Source of the DNA: Candidatus Altimarinota bacterium
GTDB taxonomy: Bacteria; Patescibacteriota; Gracilibacteria; JBDHUY01
DNA length: 39,211 nt
NCBI GenBank assembly: GCA_039809385.1
Contig: JBDHUY010000015.1
Span: 1 to 39,211, forward strand
Direction: 5' to 3'
Position 1 is the stretch's first letter. Every line of letters begins with the position of its first letter. The position numbers were made by a program, and so were the translations under genes. Below are positions 9,570 to 19,496 of this stretch, piece after piece. Below the pieces are notes generated by a model. It was not told the DNA's origin. It ran no database searches and saw only the letters and a program-made list of their open reading frames with translations.

Positions 9570-9640
9570 AGAAGCAAGTTATATGAGAAAAATCGTGCTA
9601 TTTTTGGAACATATTTACTTTGCAAAAAGGACAATTATAT

Positions 9641-12292
9641 TTACTTTTTGCGTTCAGACAGAACTTTCGTATGCAACAACGTGATATTGTTAAACGGAAT
9701 TTGGCTATTGTCGCTATCAGAAGAAAAGAGATATTTGCGCCCCTGGGTTCGAAAGCTATATTTGCCAGAAGGATCTTCAAACCAAAACGGCAGATCATCC
9801 TGGGAAACGGGCAGGAGCATATCGAGAAAGAACAGTCCTTGGCCGGTATTGTTGATCTCCAGGACGTAATCCCCGGGTTCCAGCACACCGTCATACACCG
9901 GTTCATAGGTAAAACTTCCGACTATTGCTGGAACTTCCTTTTCGCTCAGGTTTTGCTCGTGCAATACGGAATCCCGTAACCGTAGTGCAATATGCACCGA
10001 CGTTCCGGCATTGGTACCTCGAAGTAACAGCGCATACCGGTTACGTTCAACGATGCGGAACGGCAGGTTAATGGTATTAGCTTGGGGTTTAAGCGCAAAA
10101 AATTGTCCCTGAAAGACCTGGTAGATAACCGGCACCGGCAGCTGAAAAAAGTTATTCGTGCCATAGAGCGCCGACATCGAGGGCATCGTATTGGTATAAA
10201 TCGTACTGGGCAGGAGGCTCGGATCGAATGGAAACAGATACGGAGAAGGTTTGATGATCTTTTTCGGATTGGCCAGTCCAAACAGATCGGTCACCGTCCG
10301 ATAGGGGTCGTCGGTCAAGATAGATTCGTCCTGGCGGTCCGGCTTATTCTGCAGCAGGATAGGGATCAGATTGACTCGCTGGACGAAATCCCGGGGTGAT
10401 TGGATAGCAACTTTCAGATAATTGGTCCAGTTCAAATCGAGAGACATTTTCGTATCTACCGGTACAGCGCGCGGTTTGAGTTCGAAAAGATCATATTGGC
10501 TGCCTTCGTAGACTTTTTCCAGATACGGGCTTTTTTCGATCTGGGTATACAAAGATTTTTCAAACCTCGGCAAATACACCTGCCCTACCCGGCGATACGA
10601 AATATCTTTAATGACCAATATATACCGTAAATCCGAAATGTTGACCATCACATCGTTCCACCAGTCCTGATTATAGAGCAGACTGCGATACAGCAGTTGT
10701 ACCGTCAGTTTATTTTCAATATCGCTGCTCGTACCATAGTAGAGTGTCGGATAATTGAGGTAATAGATAAAAAACTTGTCGATAAAGTTGTTATACGTTT
10801 CATCGTCATTCCCGACAATGCGGCCGCTTTCGAGTGTCGGCAACACCATGAGTTTTCCGTCGCGGCGCTGGTCCAGCAGTTGTTTCACCTGAACCAGATC
10901 GCTGCTCACCGTCCAAGGTTGAATGTATCCGTTAAAATTTCCCGACAACAACGTATCGCGATAATCGCCCATGAGCGCAAAAGGCAACAGCAGCAAAACA
11001 GCCAGAGCCGGCGCAAGATATACGGCAAACCTGAACGGGATTATACGCTTCAGCCAGTCCAAAATATGAAGGGGACCGATTGTCAGCAATAGCCCGATTA
11101 CAAAAAAGGCGATCAGCTGAAACCGATTGGGCAAACGCAGAATCTCGATAAACAGATATAGTATTTTTAACAGCATCAGCGAAATCCCGTGATTGGTCGC
11201 ATCGAGAAAGAGCGCGATCTGACGCAAAAGCTCGTGAAATGAAAAGCTCTCGGTATAGCCAATCGACATCCAAAACGAAAAAAGCAGGACAAAAACCAGC
11301 AATACCGTAAAATTTCGTTGTTCTTTTGAAAAGAACCGAAACAAAAGCAACGAGAATAAAATGAGGAGCGGATAGACAAGCTTGAGGGAGCGGATATCGA
11401 GCGGAATATACACGCCGTGTAAGAACAGATCGACCTGGGAGGAGGAATCCAGGGCAAAAAGGTGTGTCAGCGGAATTGAGGCTCCTTTGATAATATAATG
11501 GATCGCCGGAATACTGGACGTAACGTCGTCGCCCGAGGTTAACAGCACAAAAGCTCCGTAGGGGATCCCCGAAAGTAGCGCAATGGCGAGAAACATTCCC
11601 AGAGCGCTTTTTATCTGCCCGGCCCGCGACGAGCCTTTCCGCAGAGCCTGTACCAGCACAATGAAGCTGACCAGAGCGGTCGCAACATAAAACAGAATAT
11701 GATAATGAATCGCAGGGTTTATCAGAACGAGCAGCGAGATCAGAAATATTTTTTTCCAGGAAAAAGAGCTTCGAAAAAACACCTCGATGAGATAAAAAGA
11801 CAGAGCTACGGCAAAGAGTGAAAAACCGGCGATCAGCGTATAAAAATGCGTGATCTTGGAATAGAGCAAAATCAGGTGGATGACCAGCGCGGCGACAAAA
11901 GAAAAAAGTGCCGCGGGCGAAAATTTGTCGGGCTCTTTGCGACAATAGGCCTTGGCGACAATGAAAAAGGCATAGAACAACAAGAAGGCGGAGAGTGCGT
12001 TCAACAAAATCAGCGCGAACGGCAATACCTGATAGTACCGCATCCAGCTGGTCAGGAACGAATAAGAAACCCGCACCTCCTGACTCGACGTCAGATCGGA
12101 ATAGCCGCCGTCGATCTGGTCGAAGAATTGACTTTTGAAATCGAAAAAAGGGATGAGTTCTTCACGTACGATGACTTCCTGTCCGCTTAGAAGCTGTGGA
12201 AGATGCCAAAGAACGTCGCGAAAAATAACGACGTGGAGAACCACAAAAACGAGAAAGATCAGACCGTACAATTTTTTCGTCGAAAGCTTCAT
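9641..12292 (-). CDS. Large membrane protein, GT-C/AftD(DUF3367)-like with extracellular C-terminal domains
   Basis: About 12 N-terminal TM helices with VREE acidic first loop and LRLPNRF motif, KLMVLP, YILVIKD, C-terminal beta-rich domain; likely start ATG 12292. Confidence 0.6.
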   Translation of the reverse strand: MKLSTKKLYGLIFLVFVVLHVVIFRDVLWHLPQLLSGQEVIVREELIPFFDFKSQFFDQIDGGYSDLTSSQEVRVSYSFLTSWMRYYQVLPFALILLNALSAFLLFYAFFIVAKAYCRKEPDKFSPAALFSFVAALVIHLILLYSKITHFYTLIAGFSLFAVALSFYLIEVFFRSSFSWKKIFLISLLVLINPAIHYHILFYVATALVSFIVLVQALRKGSSRAGQIKSALGMFLAIALLSGIPYGAFVLLTSGDDVTSSIPAIHYIIKGASIPLTHLFALDSSSQVDLFLHGVYIPLDIRSLKLVYPLLILFSLLLFRFFSKEQRNFTVLLVFVLLFSFWMSIGYTESFSFHELLRQIALFLDATNHGISLMLLKILYLFIEILRLPNRFQLIAFFVIGLLLTIGPLHILDWLKRIIPFRFAVYLAPALAVLLLLPFALMGDYRDTLLSGNFNGYIQPWTVSSDLVQVKQLLDQRRDGKLMVLPTLESGRIVGNDDETYNNFIDKFFIYYLNYPTLYYGTSSDIENKLTVQLLYRSLLYNQDWWNDVMVNISDLRYILVIKDISYRRVGQVYLPRFEKSLYTQIEKSPYLEKVYEGSQYDLFELKPRAVPVDTKMSLDLNWTNYLKVAIQSPRDFVQRVNLIPILLQNKPDRQDESILTDDPYRTVTDLFGLANPKKIIKPSPYLFPFDPSLLPSTIYTNTMPSMSALYGTNNFFQLPVPVIYQVFQGQFFALKPQANTINLPFRIVERNRYALLLRGTNAGTSVHIALRLRDSVLHEQNLSEKEVPAIVGSFTYEPVYDGVLEPGDYVLEINNTGQGLFFLDMLLPVSQDDLPFWFEDPSGKYSFRTQGRKYLFSSDSDNSQIPFNNITLLHTKVLSERKK

Positions 12293-12306
12293 AGCCAATG
12301 TAGTGT

Positions 12307-12357
12307 CAAATGACAAAATCCAAATGACAAATAAAATCCCAAACTCTGATGCTCCAA
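12307..12357. repeat. Degenerate CAAAT-type 7-nt array
   Basis: caaatga caaaatc caaatga caaa taaaatcc caaactc, intergenic just upstream of the 12292 start. Confidence 0.55.
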
Positions 12358-12391
12358 TATTCGATTGTCTGTAAGTGCCCCGGCTCTCCGG

Positions 12392-14854
12392 TTATTTTCG
12401 ATACAATAATCCGTATTCCCGCAAAATATTTTGATGTAGTTCTTTCTGTTCGCCTGCCTTTTTCAAAACCGTCAGCCTCTGCTGTTCAAGCTCACGGCGA
12501 ATCCGGGATCGTCGCGAGAGGATCTCTTCAAACTTTCCGACAACATTTTTTTCGGAAAAATCCTTCATATCGATGGTATGGGGATACCCGATTTCATCAG
12601 TAAAATACGAACATTTTTCGGAATAATTCACAGCGACGAACGGTACGGCATGGAGAAAAGCGTAGACCAGTGAGTGCAGGCGCATACCGATAAAAACATC
12701 GAGCGAACCGAACACAGCATCAATATTCTCAATATTCAGATCGGAAATGATTTCGATTCGATCCGGGGATCCGCAATGCGGCAATATTTCCGTCGTAAAG
12801 AATGCCAGGTCGTTGTGGGTGTTGAACCCGTTCTGAAAGGGCAGAAAAACGAGTCTTTGCTGTTTAGGCGAAAGAGTATTGATGATCCGAATCCAGGTCT
12901 CTTTATAGCCCGAAAGATATTGATCGGGGATATCATGGAGAAGATTAAAACCGATTGAGAATTGAGAACTGGAACGATTTTCTTGCGGCGATGAAGAAGC
13001 ATGGAGTGATCCCCCGATCTTGAGTTCACCCTGAAATCCCATTGCATCGCCATTATGCGCAGATTCGCGCTTGTGCGCGAATGGCAAAGCAGAATCAGTA
13101 TTGCTTGAATAATTCAGCAGTACCCCGTCACAGCCCAAGTGCATTTTTTCTTTACCAGCCGGAAACAGTTCGAGCGCCTTGCGGTAAGAAGGAGCGTCAC
13201 GCAGGCTTACGAAGTCCAGCCGTTTGAGAATGTTTTTGGCGATCCATTTGCCAAGAGAGCTCTCAACGCTGCCGATCCCGATATTGAACGCTGCGCATTT
13301 TTTTCCAAAGAGTTTCGCTAAAAACAGAAAAACAAGCATACGGAAGGTCACCGCGTGTTTTGAGCGTCCGGTGGAACGGTAGAGTTCTTTGATAATCGTT
13401 CCGCCGCCAAAGAGAACGATATCGTTTTTTTTCAGAATTCCGATCCATTGCCATAAGGCAGTTTGGTAGGTATTGATCCACGAGATTGATGGAAACCCGG
13501 TCAGAATAGCAGCCGGAATAAGCGACGGATCGTTCGTATTTACCAGAAGTTCGGCCAGATTGGCAGAAGCATGCAGGAGAGAAAGATACGATTGCAGCAG
13601 GGCGTCGTCCCCCAGATTGGTCTGACCGAAACTGCCCAGTAACAAAACACGTTTGCCCGATTTTCCTATCTGTTCATACAAAGTCAATGTTCGTTCCCCT
13701 ACCTGACTCCACTTCCGTTCGTTTTTTGTGGATTGAATCCATTTTTCAACCACGCTATGATCGGATTCAAAAAAACTTTTCAGGCGAGAAGAAAGACTGT
13801 CTTCATTCAGCGAAAAGATCATGTCAGGTTCTTGAATTGTGGGAGCAAATACATCACTCGCTAAAAACGGTTTATCGGATCCGATCGCTATCGCCATTGG
13901 CCCGCTGGCCGACATCTGGACGGTATACGGAAAGATCAGCACATTTGCGACTCCGAGATATAGAGTCAGTTCGGCTTCATGGATAAATCCGATCCACATG
14001 AAATTCTTGCGTGGAATCAGGGTTTCGGCAGTATAGCGTGTCTCATCGTAGAGTTTCTGATAGTTTTTTTGGTCTTTGAATTTTGGATGAATCCCGGCTC
14101 CTACGAGCAACAGAGCCTCGGGGTCTTCTCTGATATATTCGGAAAATGCGTTTAACAAAAGATCAAGCCCTTTGTATCCCGTAAGATAGCCCAAAAACAG
14201 CACGACATGACGGTTTGAATCAATTGCGAGCTTTGAGCGAGCTTCAAACCGGGGCATTGTCGGAATATCTTCGACTCCGTGCGGAATCACTTCTATCTTA
14301 TGGGCAGGAACCTTATATTCTTCGATCAATATATCCTTAAAGTATGCTTCATGCACAATGGTTCTGGTGGTCCAGCGAGTCAGGGGTTTAAAAATGATTT
14401 TCAGCCCTGTACGCACCAGCCAGACCGGCAATTTCTTTTGATTTTCATAAATAAACCGGGGAGTGACGGCTTTGAGCGAGACAACACCGTGGATGGTAAT
14501 AACGGTCGGGATTTTTCGTACAAAAAAGAGCAGCCATTGCAGGAGATAGGCGGTGAGAACGTTACCAAAGAGGGCGAGTTCCTGCTGGACGTGGATGAGG
14601 TCCGGTTTTTCCTTTTTAACTTGTTTTATAATCTGATTCACAAAGAAAGGATTTTTGTCAAAGCAGCGAATGATACGGATCCCGTTTTCTTCGTACTCTT
14701 CGTATTGTCCGTGGATCTTGTTGCAAAGCACGGTAATCCGGTGGTCTTTTTTTTCAAGCGAGCTTAGGAGGTTTTTGGTATACGAAGCTACCCCGCCCGT
14801 AAAGCCGTGTTTTTGATTACGCTCCGGATATGTGCTGATATAGAAGATCTTCAT
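12392..14854 (-). CDS. GT4 glycosyltransferase fused to polysaccharide pyruvyltransferase (CsaB/WcaK-like)
   Basis: N-half GT-B/GT4 (GGVASYT, VIPHGV, FLGYLTGYKGLD, SASGPM); C-half LLGSFGQTNLGDDALL, FGGGT, LRD, GMRLHS, YSEK. Confidence 0.88.
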   Translation of the reverse strand: MKIFYISTYPERNQKHGFTGGVASYTKNLLSSLEKKDHRITVLCNKIHGQYEEYEENGIRIIRCFDKNPFFVNQIIKQVKKEKPDLIHVQQELALFGNVLTAYLLQWLLFFVRKIPTVITIHGVVSLKAVTPRFIYENQKKLPVWLVRTGLKIIFKPLTRWTTRTIVHEAYFKDILIEEYKVPAHKIEVIPHGVEDIPTMPRFEARSKLAIDSNRHVVLFLGYLTGYKGLDLLLNAFSEYIREDPEALLLVGAGIHPKFKDQKNYQKLYDETRYTAETLIPRKNFMWIGFIHEAELTLYLGVANVLIFPYTVQMSASGPMAIAIGSDKPFLASDVFAPTIQEPDMIFSLNEDSLSSRLKSFFESDHSVVEKWIQSTKNERKWSQVGERTLTLYEQIGKSGKRVLLLGSFGQTNLGDDALLQSYLSLLHASANLAELLVNTNDPSLIPAAILTGFPSISWINTYQTALWQWIGILKKNDIVLFGGGTIIKELYRSTGRSKHAVTFRMLVFLFLAKLFGKKCAAFNIGIGSVESSLGKWIAKNILKRLDFVSLRDAPSYRKALELFPAGKEKMHLGCDGVLLNYSSNTDSALPFAHKRESAHNGDAMGFQGELKIGGSLHASSSPQENRSSSQFSIGFNLLHDIPDQYLSGYKETWIRIINTLSPKQQRLVFLPFQNGFNTHNDLAFFTTEILPHCGSPDRIEIISDLNIENIDAVFGSLDVFIGMRLHSLVYAFLHAVPFVAVNYSEKCSYFTDEIGYPHTIDMKDFSEKNVVGKFEEILSRRSRIRRELEQQRLTVLKKAGEQKELHQNILREYGLLYRK

Positions 14855-14893
14855 GAAGGGATCATAGATAATTCAATAAATCACACTCAGAAC

Positions 14894-16891
14894 CTACGGT
14901 TGTCTCAGTATCGCCATATTCCCCATATCGATCCCCAGAAGGCGCGGACCGTTTTCGCTTTCCGGCTGTGCGTTTGGAATTTCGAGCGTCAGAATATTAT
15001 ACCCCTCGGGTTTAAGCAGGCTTCCATGAAAAGTCAAACTTTGTAGGAGAGTGTCTCCGTTGGCAAATTTCATAACACCCGGAATCGGGACGCCGTTGAC
15101 TCGCAAAGAAACTTCTTGCTGCCGCTGTACGGCTCTGGGTTTGAGCACAAACGTAAACAATCGATCCAAAGAGCCCGCATCCGCCAGACGAAAACCGATC
15201 TTTACAATGCTCTCAGCACTCCAGCGATGATCTTCTTCTAACGGAGACCATCCGGAAATGAAGTACCCCTGATCTTGGGCTTGGATAGATTGACCGAAAC
15301 GATAATTGGTATTCTCGGTGAATCGTTCGGCAATATTATAGGGAAATATATAAACGCTCAGTATCTGATCTGCAACTTGTAGCTGCTCAATTGTAGTCGG
15401 ATAGCCCATCTGGGCAATTATATACGATGCCGGACAACCCCATACGTTTCCATATCGATCCCCGATCACAAACGTTTTTCCCAGATAGCCGGAAGGCCGA
15501 TACCAGGATTCCGCGCTGAGCCACTGATACGGTTTGAGACGCCCTTGTTTATCACAAATTACGGCACGTATCCGCACCGATTCTTCGGAGAAATATGTGG
15601 TTGAATTTGCCAGCCAGTAGCCGGAATAGCCGTATTCAAGTCCCCGCGATTTGAGAAAATCGACCAGAACTGCAGATTGACTGTTGACATCATTATACGG
15701 AAGAAGCTTTACTCCGACGGCGAAATTTATCAGGTTTGCCGCAGAAATGATGCCTACTATTATGCCCAGACCATACCGTGTAATAGTATTCTTATAAGAC
15801 AGGCAAGCGGCTAATCCGATCGAGACCAGGAAAGGCACCGGCACAAGATACCGAGTTGACGCTATGTCGATAACCTTGTTACTAAAGATGTACAGTCCGG
15901 TGATAATGAGGACAGTGAGAACAAAGAGCAGATACCACGGCTTCTTCTTCCTGTTTGCTTGAAAAAGATAGGCCAGGCCATAGATGCCAAAGACCAGTAA
16001 AAACACATTGCCGACTTTCATGAGGCCCGACCCGGAGATCAGGTTTTCCTGAAAAAAGAAAGCATTGTGCAGTTGTAGAAAACCTTCGCCAAAGATTTGC
16101 AGATTCCGTATCAACTGTTCGTATCCACCGACTAATACGGGTTCGGTCGGCGAAAAAGAAAACCAGCCGACAGAAACGGTAAAAAAACGTAAAAACAGTG
16201 CCATACCCCAGGCGATTCCGATCACCAGCGGGGCGGAAACCGGCTTGAAGGTTTTGTTACGAATACTGGTATAGAGATACGTCAGCAAAAATGGTATGCC
16301 CAGAGCAAACTCCCAATACGGATCCCCGAAAAAAATAAAGGCCAGTACGATACAGATCCCCCACAACCATATCGGACGTAAAAAACGCTGCCGTTCAACG
16401 CTTATTTCAAAAAACAGGGCCAGAAAGAGAAAATATAAACCCATCTCAAATCCACGACTGGTGGGGTACCCCAGATAATAGAAAAACATATGGGATTGGC
16501 TCATGATCCAGATCGATACGAGCGCAAACGACCACCAGGGTATTTTTTTTCGGAATAGGACATACAGGAGAGCGAAAAATCCCGAAAGACATACCGCGAT
16601 ATGCAGAAACGTCAAAGATACCATTGTCCATTGATTTTCTCCCCACAAAAAGGAGGAAAGCCAATAGAGAGGCATCTTTAGAAAAAAAGAATCAGTAGGG
16701 AAAAATATTTTGGCAGAGAAAATATCCTTTACGAGCAAAAGTTGTGCCACTTTGTCGCTGTCCAAAATAGAGCCGTCCTGCCAAGCGGTAATGGCTATTT
16801 TTAAAAGCGCCAGCACTATAAGCAGCAGAAAGACAGATACTCGAAAAATAGATGTACGTCTCGCAGTATTTGAAACAGAAACGACAGGCAT
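14894..16891 (-). CDS. Polytopic membrane protein, probable GT-C glycosyltransferase
   Basis: DSD first-loop motif, about 11 TM helices, TRYL motif, GYSGYWLAN extracellular domain, C-terminal GWS..E..HRWS beta domain; directly downstream of the GtrB-like gene; likely start ATG 16891. Confidence 0.65.
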   Translation of the reverse strand: MPVVSVSNTARRTSIFRVSVFLLLIVLALLKIAITAWQDGSILDSDKVAQLLLVKDIFSAKIFFPTDSFFLKMPLYWLSSFLWGENQWTMVSLTFLHIAVCLSGFFALLYVLFRKKIPWWSFALVSIWIMSQSHMFFYYLGYPTSRGFEMGLYFLFLALFFEISVERQRFLRPIWLWGICIVLAFIFFGDPYWEFALGIPFLLTYLYTSIRNKTFKPVSAPLVIGIAWGMALFLRFFTVSVGWFSFSPTEPVLVGGYEQLIRNLQIFGEGFLQLHNAFFFQENLISGSGLMKVGNVFLLVFGIYGLAYLFQANRKKKPWYLLFVLTVLIITGLYIFSNKVIDIASTRYLVPVPFLVSIGLAACLSYKNTITRYGLGIIVGIISAANLINFAVGVKLLPYNDVNSQSAVLVDFLKSRGLEYGYSGYWLANSTTYFSEESVRIRAVICDKQGRLKPYQWLSAESWYRPSGYLGKTFVIGDRYGNVWGCPASYIIAQMGYPTTIEQLQVADQILSVYIFPYNIAERFTENTNYRFGQSIQAQDQGYFISGWSPLEEDHRWSAESIVKIGFRLADAGSLDRLFTFVLKPRAVQRQQEVSLRVNGVPIPGVMKFANGDTLLQSLTFHGSLLKPEGYNILTLEIPNAQPESENGPRLLGIDMGNMAILRQP

Positions 16892-16918
16892 GAACAGCAA
16901 AAAATCAAAGAAATACAA

Positions 16919-17869
16919 TTATGACATCTGCTTATGACGTACCACATACATCGGCCGGTTCACTACCTCGGCATGAATATTGGCAATATACAAAGCCAGC
17001 AGTCCCAGCGCCGTCAGGATGATCCCGACCAGAAAAACCAACAAAATAGCCAACTGTGCCGGGCCGGTAAAGCTCGAGAAATAGCGATCGTGAAAAATAT
17101 ACTTCCCTACCAGAATAGCCAAGCCCATAAAACCGCTCACCAGCGTAATCAAGATCCCCAGATACCCGGTAATCTTGAGCGGCAAAAGACTATGCGACAC
17201 AAACGTACTGGCAGCCAGCTTCAACAACTTCAGATAGCCATACCCCGGCTTGCCGAACCTCCGCTTGTCCGCCACAAAATAAATATACTCGGTTTTAAAA
17301 CCAAACCAGTCGAGCAACCCGCGCGTAATCCGGTTTCGTTCGGTCAGGCGGTTAAATTCTTGAACAACCTTTTTATCCAATAATCGAAAATCGGTAGTAT
17401 TCGCCAGTATATACCGGGCTCCGGCCAGCGAAGTAAAACTGTAGAAAAGTTTAGAGAACAATTTCTGGATCGGATTCTGTCCCTTATTATCGGAACGTAT
17501 CCCCACGACCATTTCGGCTCCTTCTTGCCACTTTTCGATAAAACGCGGAATCAGCGCAACCGGATGCTGCAGATCGGCATCAATCAACAACACCGCATCG
17601 CCGCGGGCATGATGAATTCCGGCCGTCAAAGCGATCTCTTTCCCGAAGTTGCGAAAAAGCTCAATATAGTGAATCCGGAAATCTTTCCGCTGCAGATCGC
17701 TCAACAAAGCCGTCGTACCGTCCCGGCTACCATCGTTTACAAATAGAAGTTCATAGTCATACCTATCCCGTAACGATTCCCAAATATGCTCGATCTGTTC
17801 AACCAGCATCGGAATATTCTGAGCTTCGTTGTAACAAGGAACAATAATCGTGACGAGTTGCTTTTGCAT
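16919..17869 (-). CDS. GT2 polyprenyl-phosphate glycosyltransferase (GtrB/YkoT-like)
   Basis: VPCYNE, VNDGSRDGT, RNFGKE, IDADLQHP, DFRLLD, two C-terminal TM helices, RPMYVV; likely start ATG 17869. Confidence 0.93.
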   Translation of the reverse strand: MQKQLVTIIVPCYNEAQNIPMLVEQIEHIWESLRDRYDYELLFVNDGSRDGTTALLSDLQRKDFRIHYIELFRNFGKEIALTAGIHHARGDAVLLIDADLQHPVALIPRFIEKWQEGAEMVVGIRSDNKGQNPIQKLFSKLFYSFTSLAGARYILANTTDFRLLDKKVVQEFNRLTERNRITRGLLDWFGFKTEYIYFVADKRRFGKPGYGYLKLLKLAASTFVSHSLLPLKITGYLGILITLVSGFMGLAILVGKYIFHDRYFSSFTGPAQLAILLVFLVGIILTALGLLALYIANIHAEVVNRPMYVVRHKQMS

Positions 17870-17945
17870 AAATACCATAAAAAGAGAGTGGTATGCCGCG
17901 GCTTTCCGCACTCTTTTTGTTTTTATTTTTCTACCCAGATACTGT

Positions 17946-17973
17946 ATTATAAATTCTCAAGCGTTTTTGTCAA
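17946..17973 (-). promoter_or_regulatory. Consensus sigma70 promoter for the glycosylation operon
   Basis: Minus strand TTGACA-16 nt-TATAAT. Confidence 0.8.
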
Positions 17974-18016
17974 TTCGATACCGATTAATCCAAAAGCCCC
18001 AGATAAAAGGTATTTT

Positions 18017-19288
18017 TCAAGTTTTCCATAGTCGTCGCGCCAACATTAGCAGAAAACCGCCGGCAAAGACAATTGCCAGGACGCCGGCGATGGAAAACAT
18101 CGAAAATGTCAGTACATGGAATATGCCAAACAGAGCAACGATCAGGCCCGCGCAAATGCCTGATACCCAAAAATCGCGACGGGCAAAAGCGAAATTGGCT
18201 TCCAGATTGAACAATGACAGAAACAAAGCTCCGAGGCCAAATAACCAAAGCGTATCGGCATACGAAACATACTGAATCGTAAAAAGCAACGATATGATCT
18301 GCACCGGAAAAAAAAGGTAGAGCAGGATCATGCACCCGGAAATCCCCACGATCGTCCCATAGGCAAACAATAATGTGGATCGATTCATTTTGCGATGCGC
18401 CTGGGTCTGGGAAACACTCTCGGGCAGCATCACCAGAATTACCGCCGAATTGAGCCAGAATACAAGCTTTCCCAATAGGCTCAATGCGGCATAATATCCG
18501 GCAAATTCGGATGCAGCCAGGCTTTTTACCAAAAGGACGTCGATGTTGGTGACAAATAGGAGCAGGGATGAGAATATCCATACTTTCGCATTTGGTCCGG
18601 CTAAAATGTTAAACGAAAACGGCAACGGGTTCTCTTCGCTAGTTTCAGCGGGTTCAGTTCCTCCGGATACCGCTGTTTTTTTAAGCAGAATTATCGCCAG
18701 CCACCAGGCTAGAAAAGCGGAAAATATCAAAGAATAGGCAACCGCACTGGCTGTCCCAACCAAGTATACCAAAGCTACTCCGACCAGAAGTTTGATAGCC
18801 GCCGTAACCGTATTAACAATACTGACTTCGGCAAACCGGCGGCTTGCCAGCAAAAAACCCTTATCGATACCAATCAGAATTGTAAAAAATGTAGCCCCGG
18901 CCACCGCCCACAAGCCGGCGGCGTCACCAAAATGAAAATAGAATACCAGTAACGGGGAGAGCAAAAGGAGGAATAGAATAAGCCAACTGGCAAACCTGAT
19001 CGTTTTGTGATAAATCGAACGATACATGGAAAGCCAGGAAATATTGTGCTCAGGTTGATGTTCAAGTACGCTGCGAAGAGGCAACACAATATACGTAATA
19101 CTGGAGCTGCATACGCTTAAAATCGCAAAAAAAGCCAGAAGCGTCTGCAGCTCGCCGTACTGAATCACTTCCATCTTTTTGGAAATCCAGAAATGGAACA
19201 GATACCCCAGGCCACCCGCAAGTAAAGTTCCCGACATACTGATCAGACTGTTGGCAACAAGTTTATGACGAAAGAAAGCGCGCATCAC
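18017..19288 (-). CDS. Oligosaccharide flippase (Wzx/MOP family)
   Basis: About 12 TM helices, QYGEL in the first loop, NIDVLLVK...AGYYAALSLLGK...VMLP pattern. Confidence 0.85.
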   Translation of the reverse strand: MMRAFFRHKLVANSLISMSGTLLAGGLGYLFHFWISKKMEVIQYGELQTLLAFFAILSVCSSSITYIVLPLRSVLEHQPEHNISWLSMYRSIYHKTIRFASWLILFLLLLSPLLVFYFHFGDAAGLWAVAGATFFTILIGIDKGFLLASRRFAEVSIVNTVTAAIKLLVGVALVYLVGTASAVAYSLIFSAFLAWWLAIILLKKTAVSGGTEPAETSEENPLPFSFNILAGPNAKVWIFSSLLLFVTNIDVLLVKSLAASEFAGYYAALSLLGKLVFWLNSAVILVMLPESVSQTQAHRKMNRSTLLFAYGTIVGISGCMILLYLFFPVQIISLLFTIQYVSYADTLWLFGLGALFLSLFNLEANFAFARRDFWVSGICAGLIVALFGIFHVLTFSMFSIAGVLAIVFAGGFLLMLARRLWKT

Positions 19289-19425
19289 GGAGAAGTAGTA
19301 GGTATGATGTATTACGTATCTGGTATAGTCAATTCTGGTAGACGCCGTAAGATTTACGTTAAATAGCTTGGACCGTAAAGCCTAAAAGGACATTACGACT
19401 ATAACCGATTCATCTTGGTCTGCTC

Positions 19426-19464
19426 AAACAAAGAGGCTACGTTCAACCTTCCCGATAGCCTCTT
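19426..19464 (-). terminator. Intrinsic terminator
   Basis: AAGAGGCTA/TAGCCTCTT stem with a minus-strand TTTGTTT tail, about 30 nt after the 19497 stop. Confidence 0.65.
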
Positions 19465-19496
19465 CGTAATAAGTACGTCGGCAATGAAGACCAGAT

